64,000 nucleotides of DNA from Oculina patagonica (Eukaryota): the NCBI RefSeq assembly GCF_052425735.1, contig NC_135763.1:4712001-4776000 (forward strand), read 5' to 3'. This document shows positions 21,400-33,990 of the stretch, one piece after another. Numbering within the stretch: the first letter of the stretch is position 1; the number at the start of each line of letters is the position of its first letter. A program made the translations under genes and the position numbers. The notes beneath the pieces are model-generated. The model ran no database searches. It was not told the origin of the DNA and saw only the letters and a program-made list of their open reading frames with translations.

Positions 21400-23868
21400 A
21401 TGTCTAACGGTCTACGACCAACAGCAGAATTTTGTCTCCTTGTAAGGGTAGGTAGTAATCCTTAACTAAGCATGTAGTGCTTATAATAATATGGTTTACC
21501 TCAGTCATACGGGCTTGTAGTTGGAGGAAAACAACATAGAAAAAATCACGAGCGAAGCGTTAAGAATCAATCATACTATTTACTCTACACTAGTACTGGG
21601 TTCACAACAAGTCAGTTAGCGAAGACTGGCATTACTGTTATTTAGCTTCACAGCACTAATTGCAGTGGCAACTACTTTGTAGGCTACAGTTATTGTAGTT
21701 TCAATATGCTTTTGTTTTGACCAACAAAGTACGCAATGCACGCATGCATTATATTACAAACTATTTAAAGTTTTGGCAAATTAAACTGAATGTAACAAGC
21801 AATTTCGCTTTGAGGCGATGAACGCAACAGAGAAAGCTATAATCGCAATTTTCCTTTCTTTTGGCACAAAATATTTTATTGTTCAGTAACATACACATAC
21901 AGACATACTTTATTTAACGTGGACAAGTGCACGCTTAGCTGTTCGCTAGTTTCCAGGTGCTCCACGATTTAAATTAAGTAATGTACAACATTAAAAAGTA
22001 ACAATCGACGATAACAAAATATAACTACTTTTTTCTAAGAAGGTTAAAGGTAATAAACACGTTCCGTTTGCTGGGTTGAAACTATCGCAAAAGATGCTGA
22101 CTGGTGCAAAATTATACCTAGCGAATGAGACCGTCTCGAAAGACTTCGAAAGCTAACCACATGCGCTTTTGTCGAGAAATGATGACCCTGTGGGAAAATA
22201 TGTATGTCGGCATTGTTTATTCTCTAGAACTTTGATAGATTAATACGGTCCAAGTAACACGATGTAAAACATCGAGAAAACTGAATACCGTCGTTGATGA
22301 GACATTTCATATGTATTACATAAAGCACAGCCTGCGAATGGCCTTGGCTCTTTTCAACCACCCCTACACGGGAATTTAAAATTTCGCAAGGGATACCGTA
22401 AAATTCCAGTTATAAGCCCCCCCCCCCCGCTTATAAGCCCCCCCGGTTATAGGCCCATCTATCTCGAAACAAAAAAATACATCCGATTATAAGCCCCCCC
22501 GGATATAAGCCCCCCTCTACCGGATGACAGTACCGAACAGGGCTAAATGTTGCTTTAGTATGCGTTTTTAACCTAAAAAAAGGTATTTCGATCAACACTC
22601 CCGTGGCTCTTTTCGAAACGATTTTTTCATTTCGCTTATAAGCCCTCCCGGATATAAGCCCCTCCGCATATAAGCCCACCCAAAACCCCTTACGAAGTTG
22701 TATAAGCCCAGGGCTTATAACCGGAATTCTACGGTATGCTCTGTGTGCGATTCTGCACGTAACAACTTGTTTTTCGAAGTCAATTAAAAGGGACTATGCC
22801 ACCGATTTTAACACATTTTTGAACAGCCAAAATGTAGTTTTTTTTCGAAGGAAACCTTAAAATAATGGTAATTTTTTATTAACAATTACTATATTAGAGC
22901 ATTGAAACTGTTAACAACCATATTTACCTGTGAATGGCTTGGACGGAAATGGATTGCAACTTGAAAAATTGAGGTTAAACTTTTCAAGTTGAAGTCCACG
23001 TGTCTTAAGAAAATCGATATTTATTGCCGAAGTTTGATTTCTATCTGCGAGGGTTATATCTCAGCTTTAGATGTTCAAACATAGTGTTTTCATGCGTTAA
23101 GTTGCCTACCACTAATTTCAGAACAGTTTAGGCCAAAAACTTGCGAAATTCTCGTGACCTAGCTCCTTTAAGTAATAATAGTTCAACATTTCTCTACAGG
23201 CTGCCGCGGACGAATCTTCTGTAGCGGCTTGTCCTCTCACCCATCAGGTTCGAATGATTTGCAAGCTGAAGAACATCGAGCCATTAGTGCTGCCTTTCAA
23301 CATCCAAAAGAAATCCAAGCAATTTCTTGAGGTGAACTCCACCGGGAAGGTCCCTGTTCTCGTTCATCAGGTCAACTTGGACGAAGCGCTGGTTCTTGAC
23401 GATCCTCTCCTCATCGCCAAGTACTTAGAAGAGCTGCACCCGAATCCGCCAATCAGAAGCAAGAGTAAGGAAGCCATTGTCGCGGGCAGCAATATCTTTC
23501 AAAAATTCTGCGCTCTTATAAAAAACCAAGACCCGACGAAGGATGCTGGTCTCAAAACAGCGCTGTTAAAGAAAATGGAGGAGCTGGATTCGCTTTTATT
23601 GAGCACCAATGGCGCATTTATGGAAGGCGACACCTTGAGGTTTTCAGATTGTAGTTTACTACCCAAGCTTCTGCTCGTTCGCGTGGCCGCTAAGCAGTTG
23701 AAAGGCTTCGAGATTCCCGCGCGGTTCAAAGGGGTCTGGGGCTATATTCACGCTGGCGAGAAACACGTTGTGTTTCGCGACACTTGCCCGTCTGAAAACC
23801 TCATCAAAGAACATTGGTCGAGAGATTTTGCAGTGCCCATGTTAGAAGGATACGAAAGAAAGTTGTAG
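21400..23868 (+). CDS. CLIC-family / GST-fold protein A (CLIC/DHAR-like), 238 aa, 2 exons
   Basis: Exons 21400-21447 (MSNGLRPTAEFCLLVR) and 23200-23868 (AAADESSVAACPLTHQVRM...). Motifs GKVPVL, AGSNIFQKFCALIKN, SDCSLLPKL, FEIPARFKGVWGYI, FRDTCPS. Confidence 0.88.
22396..22734. mobile_element. TA-flanked MITE with multiple TATAAGCCC motifs
   Basis: TIR CCGTAAAATTCCAGTTATAAGCCC / GGGCTTATAACCGGAATTCTACGG, TA on both sides. Confidence 0.85.
22788..23167. mobile_element. Possible TTAA-flanked (Kolobok-like) non-autonomous element
   Basis: TTAA on both sides. Imperfect TIR AGGGACTATGCCAC versus reverse complement AGGAGCTAGGTCAC. Confidence 0.4.
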
Positions 23869-24870
23869 ATACCTGTCCTCATTTCGAACAATTAAAAACC
23901 GCGGCCGACAGACATAATGTGGTCTGAGAACGAGGTTGCAAAATCTGGATCGAAAGAGACTGGGCTAGCTCGGTCACCGCAAAAATTCCGTCTTGCTTTT
24001 GACGGAAAACTTTCAAAATGTTTTTAACGTCGTATATACGTACGCACGTATGTGTATGTAGTTATTAAATGAGCGTGAATTCGCAGTAGACATGTACACA
24101 TTGTTGCTTTAAGTCTCAGAGTGTTGAGTACCTAGAAACTAAGAGCACTGCTGCAATAGTTAGCTTTATTTTAACAGTCTGGAGAAGTATACAGGTACCG
24201 TTTATATAATGTGAAACAGCTGTTGTTGTCCTTATCATGTTTATTGGGTGGTTTGCTTATAGTGTATTTGGAACGTGGTCTATAGGGTCAAAAGGCTCGA
24301 TTTTCCAGGTCCTGTTCTGGAAAATAAATCAAAGCCTCTCTCCTCCGCAGGGGCTTTTTAGAGAGGTTTTTGGTGGGGAAAGTCCGTACGAAGTGAGTGC
24401 AGGCGCAATAAAACGGCGAGAGCGGCCGCGCAATGGATCTCACTTCTTTTGCGCCTGCACTCACCATGCTCAGCGGAATTTTCATAACAAACACCTGCGG
24501 AGGAGAGAGAACCAAAGCTCTAGGCTCGAGAGAACAGAGGAAATCGAGCCTACGTAAATATCGCCAAGAAAATTACGATGACTTTAGGAGGGTGGTAAAG
24601 AGTATTTTCGTGTCCCGTGATCGGCTCTTTTTATTTCCCGTGAAATGTGAAATGGCTATTTTTTCCTGGTGAATCGTGATTTCCATAGTAACCGTGAACC
24701 GTGATTTCCCAAAAACCTTTCTTTTATTTTTTCGTGAAGCGTGATCTATACCTCCTTTCCCACCCTCCTTTAGGTTCCACAGTAGGCGTGCGGGTCCTTA
24801 CTTATCGTTTAAACAATCGCCCAAAATTCCTAAGGTATTTTTGCGATGATTTAGAAATATTCATCATCAG

Positions 24871-24871
<1 letters not shown>

Positions 24872-24936
<65 letters not shown>
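24872..24936. repeat. (TTA)n microsatellite
   Basis: About 21 TTA units. Confidence 0.95.
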
Positions 24937-27817
24937 ATAAGCTGTTCCTATAAAAATAATCGACATGCAGCAAAGTGCTGAACGTTTTTTTGCTTTTTTT
25001 TTTAGCTGCCGAGATATATAAATTTTTGTTTCGTACGTGTTATCCTAAGGGCTTGTATAACGCGCAGAACATAAATTAACGTAAAAATAAATTGTTCATT
25101 CAAACAGAACAGGCATAAAAAGCGCTGAAGTTTACTGATGTATATATTTGTGTGGCTTTGTGATTGGTGAGCTGAACGTTTTTACTTTAGTTTTTTCCCT
25201 TCCTTCGCTTTAAACGTGGCGAGCAAGCTGTTAAACAAGGAAACTTGTTAAGACACGAACAAACAATTACAGTTTTAAAAGAAAACTTTTTTTTCATTGG
25301 AATGCTTTAATATACTCTGAAATTACAAAGAATTGTTCGTTACAAAAATCTAGTACTTCTCAATTGAAATTACAAAGAATTGTTCCTATTTACAACAATC
25401 TAGTACTGCTCAATTGTAACAGGCTATAAGATTATCGGAAGTTAAATTACTATTTTACAAGCACTCCAATTACATTAACAAAAACACACACACATACAAA
25501 CACATACACACGCATACAATGCAGATACCTCAAACTGCATTTATAAACAACCTTAATTAAAAATACCTCAGATACCAAAACTTAAATTCTCTTTTTAAGG
25601 CCAACCGCATTTTTCCTCCGTACAGTCTATAGAATTTTATAGTAGGGGCTCCCATCTTTTATTAAAATCTAGAAGCTTCTTGTTTCTTAAAGCAATAATT
25701 TTTTTTTTTTTTTTCAGTCTCTTTCTTAGCTGTTAGCTTCTACCTTGTGTAGAAACAAGTGAAATTTTGGAAGTGAGTTGTTTCTTCGGCACTCCCATAT
25801 AGTTAATTTACCCAGAATTATCAAATAATTGAGAAGACTATTATTATCAAAAAGACCTACTATTACATCTATGAGTGATAATCTAAAATTTTCTCCGTGG
25901 AGGTCAGACCACCAAGTATTAAAAGAAAACTTGATTGTGGTGTGGAATACCTCATTTCCTTGTTTTGTTTGAAGCTTTGATGACAGCTAAGTCCAGTTTT
26001 GAGTTTATCAGTGTTTTCAGTAATGAGGCTGTCCGGTCGTCGTGTTTTTCTGATAGTCAGGCTTGAGGCTTTAGCTCGATTTTGTTTGTGTTAGCTCTAC
26101 AGACAGAAAAGTTTAAAGTATACAGAAGCAAGACACAGTTCATTGAACGTGTTCTTCCATATACAGGTGGTTGTCGATTAACTGAACAAGAAGAGGAGCA
26201 TAACTAAACTTTGCTTGAAATATTAATTGGAGATAACTCAGAGGAAGAGGAGGAAATATCTTCGGAAGTGAACTAAGTTCGGAAGTCAAGACAAATTGAT
26301 TGAAAGCAATTCAGAACTGGATGAGGAAGAGGAGGGCAGATATTGTTCATCGCAGATCACGATATTGATCAAGTAAATATTTAAAGATAAATTGAGGCGT
26401 GCAACATCTCATTTATCGAATAGAGGACCACATACTACTTTTCAATTTCGTCAAAGGGTGTGTGGGGGGGGGAGGGGGTGGTCAAGAAGGTACTTCAGCT
26501 TTTGGAGACGGGGGCTTAGTATAACTTTACGGGCGATATTACCCATTTTAGAACCAACTCCTGCTTAGTATTGCAAAATCCCTTTAAGGGGCAGTGTTCC
26601 TTCTGATTATCGAAAATTAAAGTTCGTTTCCCTAATTTCCATATTATATTGCCAAATGCCACCAAATATACAAAAAGAAATGGGTTGAAAATATCTACAG
26701 AGCCAAAAAAGAACACGTATTTTGGGGAAGAAGTACAGGATTACAAGGATGGAGGGTTGATCAAACTTTATTTTTAGACAGGATGTTAAGAAATCAAAAT
26801 TGCCATTCTGGTGTTATTTTGAATCTTTTAACCGTTATCTTTTTCTTTTTAGTTGAAATCTCTTTGCTTTTACCACTTTTGGTGTTTTGTGTTTATTACA
26901 AGATAAGAAAGCAAGTTTAAAGCAAGCTACAGGTCAAACTGTTGAAAATACGGATACTTTCCCTTTAAGAGGGCCTGAGGGAAGAGGGCCTGAATGGGGT
27001 TTACTGTTTAGTGTTATTTGCTTATAATTTTTAGTGCTTGCTGTTAAATTGGACAATTTTTTAATGTTTACTGTTTCCGGCGAAAATACTGCTAAGTGTT
27101 TGAGTTTTCGAGAAAAATTTTATCTGCTCTTCAAAAATCGGATAAAACACTCAAAAACGTTTGATAACATTTTCGGATTTTTTCCTCGAAAATCTTCGGT
27201 AGTCTTCGGAAATCTTTGGCAGTCTTCGGAAATCTTCAGAAAATGGCCGAAACCTTCTTCATATACTAAACAAAATTATATTGGCCTTTGGAGCTGTTTT
27301 TGTTTCTTTTTGGATAAAATTTACTGTTACAGTGAATTTTTTTACTGTTAGTGTTAATTTGCCTAAAATTTAACTGTTACATGTTGCAGAGCCAAAAAAT
27401 AAAATGTTTAGTGTTATCGAGGTACCTCCATTCATGATCAGACCTCCAGGGAATACAAGTTGAATCCGCCCATAATAAGTTGATTATGAAAAAACGTTGA
27501 AGGCAATGGGTAAGATAAAACAAAATAGAACTTTGCCTCTCACTTTCCAGAGGTACTCAACGGGAAAAATGGTAGAATAGTGCAAACGAAGCAGAAATAA
27601 ACACATAATATTTTCAAACAACAGTGCGGCCCCATCAGTAACCAATCCCCCCCCCTACTCCTCCCTATACAAAAATAAATTATTTGCAGTCGACAACTTG
27701 GGACTGGGCACTAGAATGGGCGCGCCGTGGTCTTCAGCGTTAGCTTGCATGAGCAGTTGTTGTTGCTGGTCGTTGGTGTAGTGGATTTGTTGGTCGATTT
27801 TTGCCATCTTTTCCGAA

Positions 27818-28635
27818 ATGGCCGATCAGTCGGATCTGACCCTCTATGTGAAGGTATTATTCTTTCATTATAGTGCAAAATTTTCGTGTTTTGGCCGCAG
27901 CAGTAAGCGCTAGTGTATTGATCATTTTCGTTTGTTGTTCAACAGGCCTCGACGATCAATGATTCGGATTTCGGAGCCGACGTATTTGCTCAAAGGTTTA
28001 TGATGATGCTCGTACTGAAAGATGTTTCGGTCAACATCAGCCTTGTGGATGCGATTAAGAGTAGAGAGTATAAAAAGCTACCGGCTTTAAAGTTCTTGGA
28101 CCAAGATTTGTTGGAAGACCCGAAGGAAATCGAGGCCCTCATTGAGAAAATATCTCCCGACCATCCACTGCGAAGCGCAAACGAAGAAGTGAATCATCTT
28201 GTTTTTAAAGGCGCTGGAAGCGGTGTTTATCATAAGTTTTGTCAGCTGACGAAAAACGCAGACCCAAGCACCGATGAAAGGCTTAAAGGAATCCTAAAGG
28301 AGGAACTTGCAGCCCTTGATACGTTTTTGCGTTCAGAAAAAATGCCTGGGAGATTTCTCGGCGGCGAAAACTTGTCTCTACCCGATTGCATCTTACTTCC
28401 CAAATTGTTGCACATCAAAGTGGTGGCCAAAGTGTTCAAAGATTTCCAAATTCCCGAAGAATTCACTGGCATTCACAAGTACTTGGATGCAGCGAACGGC
28501 AAAGATGTGGATTCACCGGATATCAACGTCCAAGCGTTCACGCGCACTTCGCCATCCGAAGAAATAATTGTTGATGCTTGGGCTCGCACGATGAAGGTTC
28601 TAAACCCGCTTCAACGTAGAGGAAAGAAGCATTGA
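27818..28635 (+). CDS. CLIC-family protein B, Asp at the active-site Cys position, 241 aa, 2 exons
   Basis: Exons 27818-27853 (MADQSDLTLYVK) and 27946-28635 (ASTINDSDFGADVFAQRFMMMLVLK...). Motifs FLGGENLSLPDCILLPKLLHIKVVAK, FQIPEEFTGIHKYL. Same phase-0 intron position as paralog A. Confidence 0.9.
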
Positions 28636-31069
28636 TAAGAACAAATGCTCATAGCTTCTCGCAGAGATATCGACAATTAATGTAGGTTTGTAGAACTTCT
28701 GTATTTCCTGCACTTCGTGTGGAACTTTTTTCTGGTTTTGTCTAAATACTAAGTTCGTATAAAGCGCTACACAAAAGGACAGTACACGTGTACGCTGTTT
28801 GATATCTATCAACATATACTGATTTGAATTCATAGCTAAAGCAAATACTAACTTCTAATAAATTTTCTCCTTAGGTAGTATTATATTTGTGCTTTAGTTA
28901 TCTCAGGAAATGATATATCTTCGTTTATTTTTCTCTCGGTAAAAATGTATAAGTTTGTGAAGTATTCGATGCCACTCAAAAGTGTAGCTTTGTGCCTTCG
29001 TACGTTTGTACAAGATACATATTTGTTGTTTGTAGTCTCGTGGTGTTGCGGTAAGCCATTTTCAAGCTGTTCCGATGCGGCTAAATGCTCGTAAATTCGC
29101 CACGATCAAGACCAATACTGTATTTTGTATGTTTCTAAGGCGAAATCTTTTTAGAGTTTTAGGATAGAGTACTATTTCATCGCTTGGAAACCGACCTTGA
29201 AATACCTCGCATGACTCAACGGGCATTTTGTTGATTTTACTGATTTAGTTCTAAAACTATTATTCTGACGCGCGCAGTTTTACTTTAACGATTATTGTGT
29301 TGGGAGGCTAATACATAATCTGAATTCCTCGTGTGGGAGGTTACAGCTTGATGCTTTATAATAAGTTTAAAACTGTGAAGGCTTTGGAGCCAGAAAGCGT
29401 CACCAATTGAGTATCAAATTATTTCGTGTCACGGTACACGTACACGAGCATCACGATATTTATGCATGCGAGGTCAGTTTTTATTGTGATTTCCCTGTAG
29501 ACATAATAACTTCTTGCCAATGGCATGCTGTGAGGTTTACAACGAGATTTATAATAAATAGCAATGTATCACGCTCACTTTTTCGTCTTTTTTGTGTTAT
29601 TCAACTTGCATTTTAATTTTCTTTGGGCTATAAGGTCAGGTAAACTTAAATATTATGTGGCTCCAATGAGTCGGCAGTATTTACTGTGTAAAGCAGAACC
29701 ACAATCACCTGTTTGTCTGGGAAAGCTAGCCAAAAATTAGACATAGTGTGGTTGCCACAGTTTCATGACAAACTAGAATGGAATGTTATCCACAATTTGT
29801 TTATTGTTTGTTCTATCAAACTTGTCAGTCAGTAGGTCATGTAGCCATGTTTGTTTAAGAGCAGAAACAAAAGAACTATTATTTCAAGCAACCAGGGTGG
29901 GAACAGATCAAAAGGAATTAATTTTTCCTTTGACATCTAACTACTAACTTATCAATTCATCATTACCATGTAACTCCCAGATTTGTTGATTCAAGTGATA
30001 TTAAATAAGATAGGACAAAAGAGGAATATGCATTAATTTTAGATGAAAGTTTTGCAAATATTTTATAAATCTTGCATGAAAAAGTGGAAATCAAGAATCA
30101 TGAAGTTAATAAATTTAATTTTGATTGCAGTTTTCTTGTGCCTTGAAGATGTGTCAATAATTAAATAATGATATAGTTTTTAATTACTAATAAATTATAT
30201 TCGTATGTGTATATTGCCTTAGAAATAAAAATTATTTTATACTGCTTGTAGATTTGTTCCACATTATCATAACATTCATGTTTTATAGGACCATGTTTTC
30301 TCAGTTAAGTTATGGGTCGGAATTAAGGCGGAACCTTCAAGCTTGAGTTGGGTATAAGCCCCTCAAGTGTTTATGCAAGGTATAATAAGCTTCAAGTTAG
30401 TATAATGGCAAGATATATGTCTGTCAAAAATTATAATTATTATAATATTACCGTATTTTCTCGATTAGACGCCCCCGGGGTTTATTTCAAAATTGGCCTG
30501 GTAGACCCGGCATTTATTTGACTCCTGCAGTTTATTTGTGCCCAATGTTCATTAAGCAAGGGTTTTTATTCATTATTTTTGACAAAAAAGTATCCAGGGG
30601 AAAATGATGTGCAGCATATCAGCAGCACAATTTATACATTTTGCTTGCAATCTCAATTCTTATGGGTTGACACTGCATGAACACACAGCTAATTCATACT
30701 GGCATCAAATTGCAATTGCATAATTTGTCTATGGACATGGTGTGTCAATTGAGATTTATACATACAGATAGTGATGAATGACAGCAGGAAAGAAAACAAA
30801 ACTGCAAATGAAGAAAAAAGCTATTTATAAAATGTCCAAGTAATTGCGTGCGCTGTGATTGGTTAGTTTGACTTCATTATAGCTCCATAAAGCACGCTGC
30901 ATACGTCATGACTTACTTGACTTATGGCCATAAGCCCTAAGTAGGCAAAGGGCCGGGCATACGTCATGCACATGCTTTATTGAGTTATAATGCACGCTGC
31001 TTATGTCACGAGTTTTAGCGCGCTCAATTTCTTTAACATTTCATAAAAAAAATAAATAACTTTCTCCTC

Positions 31070-31215
31070 GTGCATTGTTGAGTTATATAACCACGCGGGA
31101 ATTTTTAAGAACACTTGAGAAGTGCGAGAAGCACTCGGCTGCGCCTTTTGCTTCTCTATGCACTTCTCTCGTGTTCTTAAAAATTCCCGCGTGCTTATAT
31201 AACTCAACAATGCAC
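31070..31215. repeat. Long hairpin (about 55-bp arms) within a dispersed repeat
   Basis: GTGCATTGTTGAGTTATATAACCACGCGGGAATTTTTAAGAACAC... is reverse-complemented at about 31160-31215. Confidence 0.75.
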
Positions 31216-31483
31216 TCGGGTGCGTTTTTTATTCCTTTAGTAAAATGCTGTTTGCTGTAAGGTTAAGCCTGCAAGAAATGATGAATTACCGTGGAATCCT
31301 GATTTCTTGAACTTCCAAGGGAACTGAGAAATTGGTTTCAAGAAATTGGGGAGGGGGGAGGGGGGAGGGGGAGGAAACAGTGATCCACTGAGTGAAGCAA
31401 ATCTAAAGAAATTATTTTGGTGCAAGTCATCAGGAGGTTTGAGAGAGATGGGGGTTTGAGAAATTGAGTTTGCACTGCAGTGT

Positions 31484-31549
31484 TGCCCGTTGTACAGCCA
31501 TCCCGTTCCGCTAAAGAAAATGAAGAGTGGTACAGCTGTACACAGGCTA
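31484..31549. mobile_element. Short MITE with 9-bp TSD
   Basis: Exact CTGCAGTGT at 31475-31483 and 31550-31558. Ends contain TGTACAGC / GCTGTACACAGGCTA. Confidence 0.65.
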
Positions 31550-31690
31550 CTGCAGTGTAACCGCAATCAACAGGGACCTGCTAGCCGTGCGGCCTCAATT
31601 CCAATTTTTAGTTTTATCGAGGTTTGTGTGTGTGCACGTGCTAGAGACATAACCTTTCAAATTTGTAAATTAATCTTGTGGTAAACTTTT

Positions 31691-31730
31691 ATCTACTGAT
31701 GAAGGGTAATTAAGCCTGAAATGTCTGGAT
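31691..31730 (+). ncRNA. Degenerate minimal hammerhead-like motif
   Basis: AUCUA-CUGAUGA-AGGGU(AAUUA)AGCCU-GAAAUGUC-UGGAU. Core and stem I are present. Stem II is mismatched and stem III has decayed. Confidence 0.5.
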
Positions 31731-32663
31731 TTGAATTAAATTTGCACTTGCCAGTAGCACTTTAAAAAACACTTTTACTCACTTATCATTGTGGGGAGAA
31801 TAATAGGTTGCTGTTGTATAGAGGTTTTAATAACACTGTATGGATTGGCACATGATAAGGATGAAAAATCCTGGACAATGGTAAAATTATCAAGGCCTCT
31901 GTTTTTGTTATGTGCCTCAGCTTTCGGCTTTGGCAGATCTAAATAAAAACAAACCTTGCAGTCAGCTAGCTTGATCAGTTTCTTGGTATTGTGTTTTACA
32001 TTTCCCCCCACGAGTTCCAGCACTGTAATATTAGAAATGGTGGAAGGAGTGGTGATTTACAAAACTTATCTTTCCTGGAAAGATGTGGAATACCCTCAAG
32101 TCATCCAGGGAGGGACCGGTACGTAGTTTTGGGTGCACAGCACGGTCACCTACTGGTAATGTTTATAACGGGTGTTAAAAACCACTTAGGCACAGTCTGC
32201 TCCAGATTTCCTTTTCACATCCCCGGCATCACTTGAGTGATTAATTGTGGACAAAATGTGGCAACCCAGCAAGCCATGCTAGCAGATCAGAATCCCAAAA
32301 TATACCAACATAAAGGCTAACCGTAAGCTACCTAAACAAACTGGAGTGCCATTTAGGATAACCAATGTGTTATTTAGGCTAACTGGAATGGCTTGCGTGA
32401 CTCGCTGGCTTCCATGACAAGGACCTGTAGCCCACCCCCGCTATTAAATATGCCATTAAGCTCTTGCTGAAATGTTTAAAAGTAAAGTTTCTCCAGCGAA
32501 GTTCTAAATATATTCTAAAAATGTCAGATATTTCTGAAATATACAAGATCTCAATAATCTGCAGAGCATAATTCTGGGGGTAGAGACTGGGGGTCCCTGC
32601 CTGATCAGAGAATTCTTAGAAAGTAGTTATTTTACAGTTATACAGCAAGACCCTTCTATTACC

Positions 32664-33457
32664 CCCCAGGGGGGGTACTCCCTATAACGGCCTATACGGG
32701 GAGGCTCCGCCTGAAAGGGGTACCTTTTTCAGGCTTCAGGTATATAAAAAAGTAGGTATTTCACGAGTTTAAGTCCCAGGGGGGGTACTCAGGGATCAAA
32801 GTGACGGGGATGATCGAATGGAGGCAAAACTCAGGACCCAAAAAATCCCTAAGTCTCCCGACATTACCCAAAAAAATCCCTGGACCAAAAAAAAAACGCC
32901 CAAAAAAATCCCTAGTCAAATTACCCCTAAATTGCCAAGGCCGCGCCAAGGCACTTTAGTTTGATTTTAATACCCCCAAAAAATCCCCTATTTAAATCAA
33001 GTCACCCAAAAAAATACCTGCCAAATTCTCCTACCCAAAAAAAATCCTGGAATCGAAAATTTCGACCCCAAAAAAATCCTTTGCACATCCCCGTCACTTG
33101 GATCCTAGAGTACCCCCCCTGGGGTTTAAGTATATGAAAGGGTATGGAAATCTGTCATTTGGCTATTTATAAAGGCTTTTAATTAAAATATTTCGAACAG
33201 ACGCAATTTATGGCTGTATTATTTTAATTTATTAAGCGTTACATAAAAAATGACAAGAAAACGTGCTATTTTAAGTCCACGCCATGTCTCTTAGGTATAT
33301 GAAAGGGGTACCTTTGTTCAGTTAAAGGTATACGAAAGGGGTACAATTTCTGTCAAAAATGGTATATAAAAGGGTAAGGGGTTAGAACTTGGGGCGGAGC
33401 CTCCCCGTATAAAACTTTTTGGAGTAACCCCCCCCCCCCCCCCCCCACAACCCCGGG
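32664..33457. mobile_element. MITE family A (poly-G/poly-C termini, 8-bp TSD) with a nested family B copy
   Basis: TSD CTATTACC at 32656-32663 and 33458-33465. Body matches 35515-35950. Confidence 0.85.
32775..33123. mobile_element. MITE family B nested in family A
   Basis: TIR CCCAGGGGGGGTACTC / GAGTACCCCCCCTGGG. TSD GTTTAAGT at 32767-32774 and 33124-33131. Confidence 0.85.
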
Positions 33458-33990
33458 CTATTACCACTAAAACAAATTCTACTTCAATTCATACTATACC
33501 AATCGTAAAAATGAATATTTTCTTGATCTTGACCCAGCATGGTCGAGCCAAGACGGGAAAGGCAAACCTTGAGGCAAACCCTGAGGCAAACCAGAACCTG
33601 TTTTTCTATGAGAAATTGACCAGCGGTTTCAGCCTGACAACTGGACACATTCGGCATACGTGGCAACGCCAATTACTTCTGGCCGGGGAGAGGACGTGGT
33701 CAACTATTTTTCGTTTGGACATAAAAACGTCTTTTTACTGCTTTGAAATTTCAATTTCACCATAGCAAAAATAGAGAAAAGGATAAATTAACAACACATA
33801 TAAATATATATTAAGATAACCTACTCTTTTTCATACTTTATGCTTTCTCAGGGTCCAGTCAGGATTACCGTCTCCCCTCCCCTAAAGGGGACGTATGTTC
33901 CCTTACTCGAGCCGTTCGAAGAAGTACGTGTTGCACTTTGCCAAAATTTCTTGACTCAAAAGAAGTGGTAGCTACGTGTTCTGTGCAAGG

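Noticed and set aside
24701-24937. Poly-Leu ORF
   Set aside because: Translation of a (TTA)n microsatellite.
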